Shown: positions 9,791-18,953, counted from the first letter of the stretch. The stretch is 64,000 nt of DNA from Sulfurovum sp. (GCA_027071315.1 JALSUP010000064.1:8345-72344), one strand, 5' to 3'. Numbers and translations are program-made. Notes: generated by a model not told the origin, from the sequence alone.

Positions 9791-10993
9791 ATGTTAGTTG
9801 TACATAAGTACGGTGGTACGAGTGTTGGAGATGTAGAGCGTATAGAAAACGTGACCAACCGTGTGGCCAAAGCAAGAGAAGAAGGTAAAGATATCGTTGT
9901 TGTTGTGTCTGCCATGAGTGGTGAGACCAATAAACTTATTGGCTTTGCAGAGCACTTTACAAAAGAACCGGCTAAAAAAGAGATGGATATGCTTTTGAGT
10001 TCAGGGGAGAGAGTGACCGCAGCGCTGCTTTCCATTGCCCTTCAGGCCAGAGGCTATGATGCAGTGGCGATGACAGGACGTCAGGCGGGTATTCTCACAG
10101 ACGATACCCATACCTATGCACGTATCGAGTCTATTGATCCCGCAGCGGTAAAAAATGCCATAGGTGCAGGGAAGATCGTCATTGTGGCAGGTTTTCAGGG
10201 TATCAATAAAAGCGGCTCGGTCACGACACTGGGACGCGGAGGTTCAGACCTTTCTGCCGTAGCACTGGCTGCAGCGATAGAGGCAGACCAGTGTGAGATC
10301 TATTCGGATGTGAACGGCATTTATACGACCGATCCGCGTATTGAACCCAATGCACGAAAACTTGATATGATCTCTTATGATGAAATGCTTGAACTCTCTT
10401 CTCTGGGAGCAAAAGTGTTACAGAACCGTTCGGTAGAGTTGGCAAAGAAGTTAAATGTGAAACTGTATGCAAAAAGCAGTTTTTCTGACAATCCGGGAAC
10501 ATTAATAGCAGAGGAGAGCAGTATGGAAGCAGTTTTAGTAAGTGGGATCGTTCTAGACAAGAATCAGGCAAGAGTCACACTCAGAGGTGTGGCAGACAGA
10601 CCGGGCATTGCCGCAGACATCTTCAGTAAATTGGCCGAAGCCAACATTAATGTCGATATGATCATCCAGAATATGGGAACAGACGGTTCTACCAACCTTG
10701 GATTTACTGTGCCTCAAAGTGAGCATGAAAATGCTAAAAAAGTGATGGAAAATTTTGACCATGAGTTTGAAGGGATGGATTTTGACGAACATGTCTGTAA
10801 AGTCTCTGTGGTCGGTGTGGGAATGAAGTCACACTCCGGTGTGGCGGCAGCCGCATTCACAGCCATGGCGAAAAATAATATTAACATCCAGATGATCTCC
10901 ACTTCAGAGATCAAAGTCTCTATGATCATTGATGAGAAGTATGGTGAGCTTGCTATCCGTACTTTGCATGATGTGTATGAGCTGGACAAGTAA
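9791..10993 (+). CDS. lysC: aspartate kinase
   Basis: 400 aa. VHKYGGTSVGD N-terminus, TLGRGGSDLSAVALAAA, and two C-terminal ACT-like repeats. Confidence 0.9.
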   Translation: MLVVHKYGGTSVGDVERIENVTNRVAKAREEGKDIVVVVSAMSGETNKLIGFAEHFTKEPAKKEMDMLLSSGERVTAALLSIALQARGYDAVAMTGRQAGILTDDTHTYARIESIDPAAVKNAIGAGKIVIVAGFQGINKSGSVTTLGRGGSDLSAVALAAAIEADQCEIYSDVNGIYTTDPRIEPNARKLDMISYDEMLELSSLGAKVLQNRSVELAKKLNVKLYAKSSFSDNPGTLIAEESSMEAVLVSGIVLDKNQARVTLRGVADRPGIAADIFSKLAEANINVDMIIQNMGTDGSTNLGFTVPQSEHENAKKVMENFDHEFEGMDFDEHVCKVSVVGVGMKSHSGVAAAAFTAMAKNNINIQMISTSEIKVSMIIDEKYGELAIRTLHDVYELDK

Positions 10994-11005
10994 AAGAGCC
11001 TCCGG

Positions 11006-11548
11006 ATGCAGCAACTCTTAAAATGGACACTTGATACAATTCGCGAAGAGGAGTCCTGCTTCTCATGGATGGAAGAGTACCGTTATGAGTGGGCACCTCT
11101 GGTCAACAATGCTGTCTCCCAGATCGTTGAAGGAAAAACCGTACTGGTCATTACCGATGAATCCAGAGAGTGGTTCGGAAAATACATTGTCAATGCGGTG
11201 AATGATCTCTCCAAACACAGGCCGCTTCTGCCTTTTTATCTTTTTTCCGATGCCTTCCCGCAGTTGAACAATATTCAGTCAACAGAAGATATCCAACTGC
11301 TTGAAGATATGCTCGACATCTCCTACCCTAACGGGTATTACATTTGGTATATCGGAAGAGGGGATTTCCCTTTGACAAAACTGGTATATCGCAATCAGGA
11401 CAATTTTCTTTGGGTTTTGAATGAAGAGGTACAGAACAGCTTTACGCTTAGAAGTGCCGACCCTCTGCTTGACATTAAACTCCTGCAACTCTACAAACTT
11501 TTTGACACCACACTCTCTGCAGCACTCTTTGGGGAGTTTGAACTCTAA
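11006..11548 (+). CDS. hobA: DnaA-binding replication initiation factor HobA (assigned by position)
   Basis: 180 aa, located between lysC and holB-folP exactly as H. pylori hobA is. The call rests on synteny and size rather than recognisable motifs. Confidence 0.55.
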   Translation: MQQLLKWTLDTIREEESCFSWMEEYRYEWAPLVNNAVSQIVEGKTVLVITDESREWFGKYIVNAVNDLSKHRPLLPFYLFSDAFPQLNNIQSTEDIQLLEDMLDISYPNGYYIWYIGRGDFPLTKLVYRNQDNFLWVLNEEVQNSFTLRSADPLLDIKLLQLYKLFDTTLSAALFGEFEL

Positions 11549-12238
11549 ATGACACTCACAAGCCAAGTCATCATCTCTGCACAGATAGAGAAGACACTGC
11601 TGGAGCTTGAGGGACTGCGCCGCAGTGAGTCTGTGATCGTTTTTATTTCTCCCTCCATGAAAAAAATACTGGATCCCGAAGAGGAGACTCCCAACCCTCC
11701 CGGAGTACAGCGTATTGTCAGTGAGAGAGAAAGTTTCCGTGTGGATGATGCCAAGATAGTGCTTGAAAAAGCCTATCTTGCCAGTGAAGAGCAGACCATC
11801 ATTATTCTGGCTGCTGAGAGCTTTACGCCGATCATTCAGAACAAACTTTTGAAAGTCATAGAAGAACCTCCTAAAAATAAAGTATTTATTCTCCTTACCC
11901 AAAGTAAATCGACCATTCTTCCTACCATTAAGTCCCGTCTGCCTATTACCGTATTGAGTGAAGCCAAAACATTGGATGAACTGGGTCTTGATTTAAAACA
12001 GCTCTCCCTGCAAAGTGTATATGACTTCAGTCAAAAGCATAAGCGTACAGACTCAAAGACCATGACAGTGATAGTAGAGCGTCTTTCAAAAGAGGCAATG
12101 CTCTCTGACAGCTACAACCTTGACGCTAAAACACTCACTCTCTTTTCCAATGCTTTCAAAGCACTCGATATGGGCTCTCCCGCCTCTTTTGTACTCAATA
12201 CACTGCTCTTGAAACTACTGGCGAGAAAAAAACGCTAA
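11549..12238 (+). CDS. holB: DNA polymerase III delta-prime subunit (short epsilonproteobacterial form)
   Basis: QNKLLKVIEEPPKNKVFILLTQSKSTILPTIKSRL matches the clamp-loader sensor region. The start abuts the hobA stop. Confidence 0.7.
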   Translation: MTLTSQVIISAQIEKTLLELEGLRRSESVIVFISPSMKKILDPEEETPNPPGVQRIVSERESFRVDDAKIVLEKAYLASEEQTIIILAAESFTPIIQNKLLKVIEEPPKNKVFILLTQSKSTILPTIKSRLPITVLSEAKTLDELGLDLKQLSLQSVYDFSQKHKRTDSKTMTVIVERLSKEAMLSDSYNLDAKTLTLFSNAFKALDMGSPASFVLNTLLLKLLARKKR

Positions 12239-12256
12239 AATACTGACAGTCAGTCT

Positions 12257-13417
12257 ATGATTGGTGAAAGGAACCGTATGCAGCTTTATCAACTTGGTGG
12301 CATCTATGACAAAAAAGAATTTTTAAAAGTACTGGGTGTTGAGAGTGGTGGTATTTCCATTATGGCAAAGAAGATGCAGCTTTTCTACTTCTACATCAAA
12401 GACCTTAAAACCCCTGCGGCGAACATACTTAAACAGGATGCCCTGAGTATAGGTGCAGACCTTGCCGTACCGGGTGGCGTGATCACCTGTGAAAAGCCGA
12501 TGTATGACTGCCTGCTCATCGGTACGAAAAAACACATGGAGATCCTCTCCCGTAAAGAGTTGGCACAGCCTTTTGGTTTGAAAAAACTGGCAACAGAATT
12601 GAAAACTTTTTTAAACCCTAAACCTTTTCCGCTTCAGATCATGGGTGTGGTCAATGCCAACGATGACAGCTTTTTTGAGGGAAGCCGTTTTGTCAATGAA
12701 GATGCCATAGCCCAGATAGAGAAGATGATAGAAGAGGGTGCCCACATGATCGATGTGGGTGCGGTCTCTTCCAGACCGGGTGCAGAAGAAGTTGATGAAA
12801 GTGAAGAGCTGGCACGAATAGCACCTATCTGTGACCTGATCAAAGAGCAGAAGCTTTATGAAAAGGCGGTCTTCAGTATAGACTCCTATACCCCCTCTGT
12901 CATTGAGTATGCCCTACAGTCAGGATTCAGCCTTATTAACGATATCAGCGGGGCACGAGACAATGCAGTCATTGCTTTGGCCGTCAAGTATGAGGTAAAA
13001 CTCTGCATTATGCATATGCAGGGCGTACCGCAAAGTATGCAGAAAGATCCGGTCTACGGCAATGTCATACTGGAGATGGATGCGTTCTTTGAAGGGCGTA
13101 TTGCCAAGTGTGAAGCTTTAGGGTTAGCAAGAGAACAGATCATGTTAGATGTGGGTATCGGTTTTGGGAAGACACTGGCACATAACCTGGAACTTCTGAA
13201 AAACCTGTCACATTTCAGACATTTCGGCTGTGAGATCCTTATTGGAGCGAGCCGGAAATCGATGATAGACAAGATCATCCCGACAGAGACAGAAGCCCGT
13301 CTGCCGGGAACCCTTGCCCTGCATTTGAATGCGGTAGAGAATGGCGCGAATATTGTACGCTGTCATGACGTGGCAGAACACAGACAGGCCTTTGCGGTGC
13401 AAAAAGCATTGCAGTAA
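12257..13417 (+). CDS. folP: dihydropteroate synthase (long form with N-terminal extension)
   Basis: IMGVVNANDDSFFEG, IDVGAVSSRPG, GIGFGKT and IGASRKS are pterin-binding domain motifs. Confidence 0.85.
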   Translation: MIGERNRMQLYQLGGIYDKKEFLKVLGVESGGISIMAKKMQLFYFYIKDLKTPAANILKQDALSIGADLAVPGGVITCEKPMYDCLLIGTKKHMEILSRKELAQPFGLKKLATELKTFLNPKPFPLQIMGVVNANDDSFFEGSRFVNEDAIAQIEKMIEEGAHMIDVGAVSSRPGAEEVDESEELARIAPICDLIKEQKLYEKAVFSIDSYTPSVIEYALQSGFSLINDISGARDNAVIALAVKYEVKLCIMHMQGVPQSMQKDPVYGNVILEMDAFFEGRIAKCEALGLAREQIMLDVGIGFGKTLAHNLELLKNLSHFRHFGCEILIGASRKSMIDKIIPTETEARLPGTLALHLNAVENGANIVRCHDVAEHRQAFAVQKALQ

Positions 13418-14085
13418 TGAAGATACTGCGATTCTTCCTGGCACTGATTAAGTGGCTGTTGATCTTAGCTTTTTTGGGGCTTTTGTCCATCTTTCTGCTT
13501 GATCTGTATATGGGTTATACAGCGAAAGAGAAGATCTACACAGATGTTTCCAAAGTTCCGCACCGTAAAGCAGCTCTTTTGCTCGGCACAGCAAAATATG
13601 TGGCAAAAGGGAAGAAAAATTACTTTTATGTCTACCGTATTCGTGCGGCTGTCGCTTTATGGAAAGCAGGCAAAGTAGGTGCCATTCTGGTCTCAGGAGA
13701 CAATGGCAGTAAATACTACAATGAAACCATACGCATGGAAAATGACCTCATAAAAGCAGGGGTGCCTAAAAAATACATTGCGACAGACTATGCAGGTTTC
13801 AGAACCCTGGACTCCATTGTCAGGGCAGAAGCACTTTTTGACCTCAAAGAGTATATAATCGTCTCTCAAAGATTCCATCTGGAGAGGGCACTTTTTATTG
13901 CCAGAGCAAAAGGACAGAAAGATGTCATCGGCTTTGCAGCAAAAGAGATGAAAGGTACAAAAGCAGCACGAAAAATGGCCTTTCGAGAGTATCTGGCAAG
14001 AGTGAAAGCCTTTTTGGATGTCTATATTTTAAATACACAACCTAAATTTTATGGTGAGAAAGTGAAAGTGAATTATCGGAAATGA
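13417..14085 (+). CDS. sanA: SanA/YdcF (DUF218) family membrane-anchored protein
   Basis: N-terminal TM helix. LLLGTAKY...ILVSGDNGSKYYNE...IVSQRFHLERALFIA is typical of the SanA/DUF218 family. The last roughly 22 codons are compositionally island-like. Confidence 0.7.
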   Translation: MKILRFFLALIKWLLILAFLGLLSIFLLDLYMGYTAKEKIYTDVSKVPHRKAALLLGTAKYVAKGKKNYFYVYRIRAAVALWKAGKVGAILVSGDNGSKYYNETIRMENDLIKAGVPKKYIATDYAGFRTLDSIVRAEALFDLKEYIIVSQRFHLERALFIARAKGQKDVIGFAAKEMKGTKAARKMAFREYLARVKAFLDVYILNTQPKFYGEKVKVNYRK

Positions 14086-16742
14086 CAATAACACAAATAG
14101 AAACAAACATTAGCAAACTACTCAAAAACTTTTCACAAGACAACTTTGTATTTGAATTTCTTTTGGCTTATGGTGAGCCGAAGGCTACGATCACAAGACT
14201 TAAAAAGGGTGACTTGAATCAGCTTGAGAGCAAGGGTGAAGTAACTCTACGAAAAAAGCTGTTTTTTAAAGAAGCTAACACAGAATTGCATGGCACTATT
14301 GATACCCTGAGAACCGATAGTGCTGCTTTGAAGCAGAAGCCTAGATTTATCATGGTGACTGACTACAAAACCCTACTGGCTTACGATACCAAAACAACAG
14401 ATACCTTAGATATAAACTTCAAAGAGTTGGCGAAACATTATGATTTCTTTTTGCCTTTGGCGGGTATGGAGAAGTCAACTCATGTAGATGAAAACCCGGC
14501 AGATGTCAAAGCTTCCAATCAGTTAGCCAAACTTTATGATGAAATATTGAAAAGTAATTCTACAGAGACTCACGAAGAGGTGCATGCACTCAATGTATTT
14601 TTGACCAGACTTCTGTTTTGTTATTTTGCAGAGGATTCAAATATTTTTGAAGATAATCTGTTTACAAACTCCATTTCAAACCATACACAGGTTGATGGTA
14701 GCGATTTAGGTAGTTATCTTGAAAGACTGTTTGAAGTGTTCAATACAGACGATAAAAATAGAGATAAAGCATTACCGAAATATTTAAAAGCATTTCCCTA
14801 TGTCAACGGTGGATTGTTTAGAGACACTTACCCTCTTCCAAAATTTACAACCAAGTCTAGGAATATACTTATAGACATTGGTACACTGGACTGGTCAGCA
14901 ATCAACCCTGACATATTTGGTTCTATGATCCAGGCAGTTGTAACACCTGAGCATCGTGGCGATATGGGTATGCACTACACTTCTGTACCGAACATTATGA
15001 AAGTGATGCAACCTCTGTTTTTAGATGAGCTTTATGAGGAATTTGAAAAGAGCAAATCGAGTAAGAAAAAGCTTCAAGGGTTAATCAATAGAATATCAAA
15101 TTTGAAAATCTTTGACCCTGCTTGTGGGTCTGGTAACTTTTTGATTATTGCCTATAAAGAGCTTAGACGATTGGAAATGAAGATACTGAAAGCGATTGAC
15201 GATTTGTCTTCTCAAAAAAGTTTTTCATTTAGTGAAATAAAACTTACACAGTTTTATGGCATAGAGCTAGATGACTTTGCTCATGAAGTAGCCATACTCT
15301 CACTTTGGTTGGCAGAGCACCAGATGAATTTGGAATTTTACAAAGCATTTGGAAGAACTACACCATCTTTGCCACTTCAAGATGGTGGAAATATAGTTCA
15401 TGGTAATGCTACCAGGATTGAGTGGGAGAGTGTTTGCCCTAAAGAGAATGGAGATGAGATTTACATACTTGGTAATCCTCCTTATCAGGGATATGCTAAA
15501 CAAAGTTTAGAACAAAAAGCAGATATGATTTTTGTTTTTGAGAATGTTGAGAACTATAAAAAACTAGACTATATTTCATGTTGGTTTTATAAATCAGCAA
15601 AATACATACAAAGAGTCAATTCTAAATATGCACTAGTTTCAACAAATTCTATAGGTCAAGGAGAACAAGTCGGCTTAATGTGGCCTAATATTTTCAATTT
15701 TGATTTAGAAATATTTTTTGCATATCAATCTTTTAAATGGAAAAATAATGCTAAAAATAATGCTGGTGTAACAGTTGTTATTGTTGGCATTAGAAATATA
15801 ACCAATGAAAAAAAGTATATTTTTAAGAATAATATTAAACATGAAGCTAAACATATTAACTCTTATCTCGTTGATAGTCATAATATATTTGTAAGAGGTA
15901 CAAGAAAAAGTCTTTCAGAACTACCAGAAATGATAATAGGAAGTAAAGCATCAGATGATGGAAACTTAATTTTATCAGTAGAAGAAAGAGATAAATTAAT
16001 AAATGACTATCCCGAAGCAGAACCATTAATGAAAAAGTATATTGGTGCTGATGATTTTTTAAAAAGCAAGGTAAGATATTGTATTTTAATTAATGAAAAA
16101 GATGTTGATTTTGCCTATAGAATTCCTCCTTTGAAAATTAGATTTGATAAATGTGCAGCATTTAGAGAAAAGAGTAAAAAGAAAAGTACTCAAAAATTAG
16201 CATTAAGGCCATATGCTTTTGATGAACAAAAATATCAAGAACTTGATTCAATTATTGTTCCCCAAACCACTTCTGAAAATAGAGAATATATACCTATCGG
16301 ATTTTTTAATTCAGAATATGTAATTTCAAATGGAGTAAGGCTAATTTATAATGTTCACCCTTGGATATTTGGCTTATTGTCTTCTAAGTTGCATAATGTT
16401 TGGATACAAAAAGTTGCAGGAAGATTAGAAACTCGTATTCAATATTCTAATACAATTTGCTATAACACTTTTCCATTTCCAAAAATTACTGATAAAGAAA
16501 GAGAAGAGATAACCGATTTAGTATTTAATATCTTAGATGAAAGAGAACAGCATTCAGAAAAAACATTAGCCCAAATGTATGATCCAGACAAAATGCCACA
16601 AGGCCTAAAAGAAGCTCATCATCAATTAGATTTAGCCATAGAGAAATGTTATAGAAAAAAACCGTTCGAGAGTGATGAAGAGAGACTTGAATATCTTTTT
16701 AGGCTTTATGAAGAGATGGTTGAGGAGGAAGCTAAAAAATGA
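14082..16742 (+). CDS. MmeI-family (type IIL/IIG-like) N6-adenine DNA methyltransferase with a probably inactive N-terminal nuclease-like domain
   Basis: Collinear with my recollection of MmeI: LLFCYFAEDSNIFE, AFPYVNGGLF, GMHYTSVPNIMKVMQPLFLDEL, FDPACGSGNFL (motif I), GNPPYQGY (motif IV), STNSIGQGEQV, SSENREYIPIGF, IFGLLSSKLHNVW, MYDPDKMP. The start overlaps the sanA stop (ATGA). Confidence 0.85.
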   Translation: MTITQIETNISKLLKNFSQDNFVFEFLLAYGEPKATITRLKKGDLNQLESKGEVTLRKKLFFKEANTELHGTIDTLRTDSAALKQKPRFIMVTDYKTLLAYDTKTTDTLDINFKELAKHYDFFLPLAGMEKSTHVDENPADVKASNQLAKLYDEILKSNSTETHEEVHALNVFLTRLLFCYFAEDSNIFEDNLFTNSISNHTQVDGSDLGSYLERLFEVFNTDDKNRDKALPKYLKAFPYVNGGLFRDTYPLPKFTTKSRNILIDIGTLDWSAINPDIFGSMIQAVVTPEHRGDMGMHYTSVPNIMKVMQPLFLDELYEEFEKSKSSKKKLQGLINRISNLKIFDPACGSGNFLIIAYKELRRLEMKILKAIDDLSSQKSFSFSEIKLTQFYGIELDDFAHEVAILSLWLAEHQMNLEFYKAFGRTTPSLPLQDGGNIVHGNATRIEWESVCPKENGDEIYILGNPPYQGYAKQSLEQKADMIFVFENVENYKKLDYISCWFYKSAKYIQRVNSKYALVSTNSIGQGEQVGLMWPNIFNFDLEIFFAYQSFKWKNNAKNNAGVTVVIVGIRNITNEKKYIFKNNIKHEAKHINSYLVDSHNIFVRGTRKSLSELPEMIIGSKASDDGNLILSVEERDKLINDYPEAEPLMKKYIGADDFLKSKVRYCILINEKDVDFAYRIPPLKIRFDKCAAFREKSKKKSTQKLALRPYAFDEQKYQELDSIIVPQTTSENREYIPIGFFNSEYVISNGVRLIYNVHPWIFGLLSSKLHNVWIQKVAGRLETRIQYSNTICYNTFPFPKITDKEREEITDLVFNILDEREQHSEKTLAQMYDPDKMPQGLKEAHHQLDLAIEKCYRKKPFESDEERLEYLFRLYEEMVEEEAKK

Positions 16743-17290
16743 ATGAAATTTCTGTATATTTAGATGGACTAAATAAGTATTCATCTTTAATTTTAATGTT
16801 TGCAACATTGGTTTATGTCTATTTCACATACAAGCTAACAAAAGAGACTACAAAATTAAGAGAGGTAGAAACCACACCCTTTATGTCAATATACATCAAA
16901 GTAGATTCAAAGTTAAGTCTTATTGTAGAAAATATAGGTAAAGCACCTGCTTATGATATTGAATTTAAAATGGATAAAAAGTATATAAGTTGTTTCCCTT
17001 GTGGTTGTGATTTTAAACATAAAATATCCTATTTCTCCCCAAATCAACAGCTTCCTATATGCATGGATCAATATTTTAATCTTGAAAAATTAGACTTTGA
17101 CAGTATACCTATAGAAGTAAAGTACTCTTCAAAAGATGGTCAACTATTTGAAGAAGTTTTTACAATAGAATGGAAGTATCTTTCTGGTAGTGCATTAGAG
17201 ACTGATAATCTTGTTGAAATTAAGAAAGCGATAGAAGAAACAGCTGAAGAGATAAAAGAATTACATAAAACTATAAAAGATAAAGGCTGA
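16739..17290 (+). CDS. single-pass membrane protein of unknown function
   Basis: 183 aa. ATGA overlap with the MTase stop. TM helix SSLILMFATLVYVYFTY, then a beta-rich domain with CFPCGC and a charged C-terminal helix. Confidence 0.6.
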   Translation: MNEISVYLDGLNKYSSLILMFATLVYVYFTYKLTKETTKLREVETTPFMSIYIKVDSKLSLIVENIGKAPAYDIEFKMDKKYISCFPCGCDFKHKISYFSPNQQLPICMDQYFNLEKLDFDSIPIEVKYSSKDGQLFEEVFTIEWKYLSGSALETDNLVEIKKAIEETAEEIKELHKTIKDKG

Positions 17291-17292
17291 AA

Positions 17293-18762
17293 ATGACATG
17301 TGAAACTTTAAAAGATTTAGTGCATCAATATGCTAAAGAGTCCGAATGGGTTGAATTTAAAGTCAATAATGAAGAGCCTCATATGATAGGAAAATATATT
17401 TCTGCACTGGCTAACTCTGCTACACTCCATGATATAGCTAAAGCCTATCTTGTTTATGGTGTTGAGGATGAAACGCTAAAGTTACTTGGAACAGACTTTA
17501 AACCTAAAGTGACTAAAAAGGGAAATGAAGAGCTAGAAAACTGGTTACATAGATTACTTGAACCAAGTGTAGAGTTTGTCATTTATGAGATAGAGTGTGA
17601 TGATTTGTCCTTTTCGGTTTTTGAAATCTATAGTGCGAAACACAGACCCATAAGTTTTGATGGGAAAGAGTACATAAGAGTTGGAAGTTATAAGAAAAAT
17701 CTAAAAGATTATCCTGAAAAAGAGCGTATGTTGTGGCGTAAGTTTTCATCATTTTGTTTTGAAGAAGAGATAGCAAAGAAGAGTCTCACACAGGAAGAAG
17801 TACTTGGACTTATTGATTTTGAAGGCTTCTTTAGTTTGATTGGAATACCTTATAATCATGATATGAGTACAGGTGAGTATGTTATTGGGAAATTGGCAGA
17901 ATATAGTCTTATAGAAATAGACAAGTCGTCATTGGGGATCAGCAATCTTTCCATTACAAATATGGGTGCCATTTTATTTGCGAGAGATCTTTCTAACTTT
18001 CCGCTACTCAACCGAAAGAAACTCAGGGTCATAAAATACAAAGGCAATGGTAAGTTTGATACCGAATTTGAACAAGAGGGTAGAAAAGGTTATGCAATCG
18101 CTTTTCAGGGATTAGTGAAATTCATTATGAATAAACTTCCTCAAAATGAAGTGATAAAAGATGCACTTAGAAAAGATGTATCGCTTTACCCTGAAATTGC
18201 TATTCGGGAATTAATAGCCAATGCGTTGATCCATCAAGACTTTTCCATCGCTGGTACAAATCCGATGATTGAAATATATGATAACCGGATAGAAATTACT
18301 AATTCTGGAAAACCTTTGATAGATACACTCAGGCTTATAGACTATCAGCCCAAATCAAGAAATGAAAAACTTGCAAATCTCATGAGGTTGATGGGGATTT
18401 GTGAAGAAAGAGGTTCAGGGATAGATAAAGTCATAAATGCTATTGAAATTTTTCAGTTACCTGCACCTAAATTTATTGCAGAAGAGGATTATTTTAAAGT
18501 AATACTTTTTGCTCCATTGAGTTTTGAAGACATGGATAAACAAGATCGTATCAGGGCAACATATCAGCACTGTTCATTAAAGTTTTTAAATCAGGAGTAT
18601 ATGACAAACTCTACATTACGAGAACGTTTTGGTTTGGATAAGAAGCAACATTCCAAGGCATCTAAGATGATCAGCGATACACTGGAAAAGGAATTGATCA
18701 AACCTGCTGATCCTGAGAATAAGTCCACTAAACATGTGAAGTATATCCCTTTTTATGGGTAA
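17293..18762 (+). CDS. AlbA_2 (Schlafen-type) + HATPase_c_4 + C-terminal wHTH protein (often annotated 'putative transcriptional regulator / RecG-like')
   Basis: ESEWVEFKVNN...ISALANSA...YLVYGVED (AlbA_2). IRELIANALIHQDF...IEIYDNRIEITNSG (GHKL-type ATPase). C-terminal NSTLRERFGL...ELIKP looks like a winged helix. Confidence 0.75.
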   Translation: MTCETLKDLVHQYAKESEWVEFKVNNEEPHMIGKYISALANSATLHDIAKAYLVYGVEDETLKLLGTDFKPKVTKKGNEELENWLHRLLEPSVEFVIYEIECDDLSFSVFEIYSAKHRPISFDGKEYIRVGSYKKNLKDYPEKERMLWRKFSSFCFEEEIAKKSLTQEEVLGLIDFEGFFSLIGIPYNHDMSTGEYVIGKLAEYSLIEIDKSSLGISNLSITNMGAILFARDLSNFPLLNRKKLRVIKYKGNGKFDTEFEQEGRKGYAIAFQGLVKFIMNKLPQNEVIKDALRKDVSLYPEIAIRELIANALIHQDFSIAGTNPMIEIYDNRIEITNSGKPLIDTLRLIDYQPKSRNEKLANLMRLMGICEERGSGIDKVINAIEIFQLPAPKFIAEEDYFKVILFAPLSFEDMDKQDRIRATYQHCSLKFLNQEYMTNSTLRERFGLDKKQHSKASKMISDTLEKELIKPADPENKSTKHVKYIPFYG

Positions 18763-18953
18763 AATCTTCTGTAATGCTTTCGTCATATTACCTTATGTAA
18801 AGCTTAAAATTATTTGTATGAGTACGTATATACGGCTGCTAGAAGGGGGTGTCTAGAGTTGTATTCTCTGTCATCGTTAAAGAAAAAAGTAAAAATATGA
18901 GTATGTCTAAAGTAAATTTGTTTAGACAACTGAAAAAATCTTAAAGGGAAATA

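Noticed and set aside
11279-11902. A 207-aa ORF antisense to hobA/holB.
   Set aside because: It overlaps two syntenic, motif-supported genes on the opposite strand. The sequence has no recognisable features, so it is most likely a shadow ORF.
15795-15812. Homopolymer tracts as phase-variation switches in island genes (A7 in the MTase at ~15807, T7 in the helicase at ~19229).
   Set aside because: The tracts are short poly-A/T runs expected in AT-rich DNA. No poly-G/C tract of 8 nt or more of the type used for phase variation in Campylobacterota R-M genes was seen.
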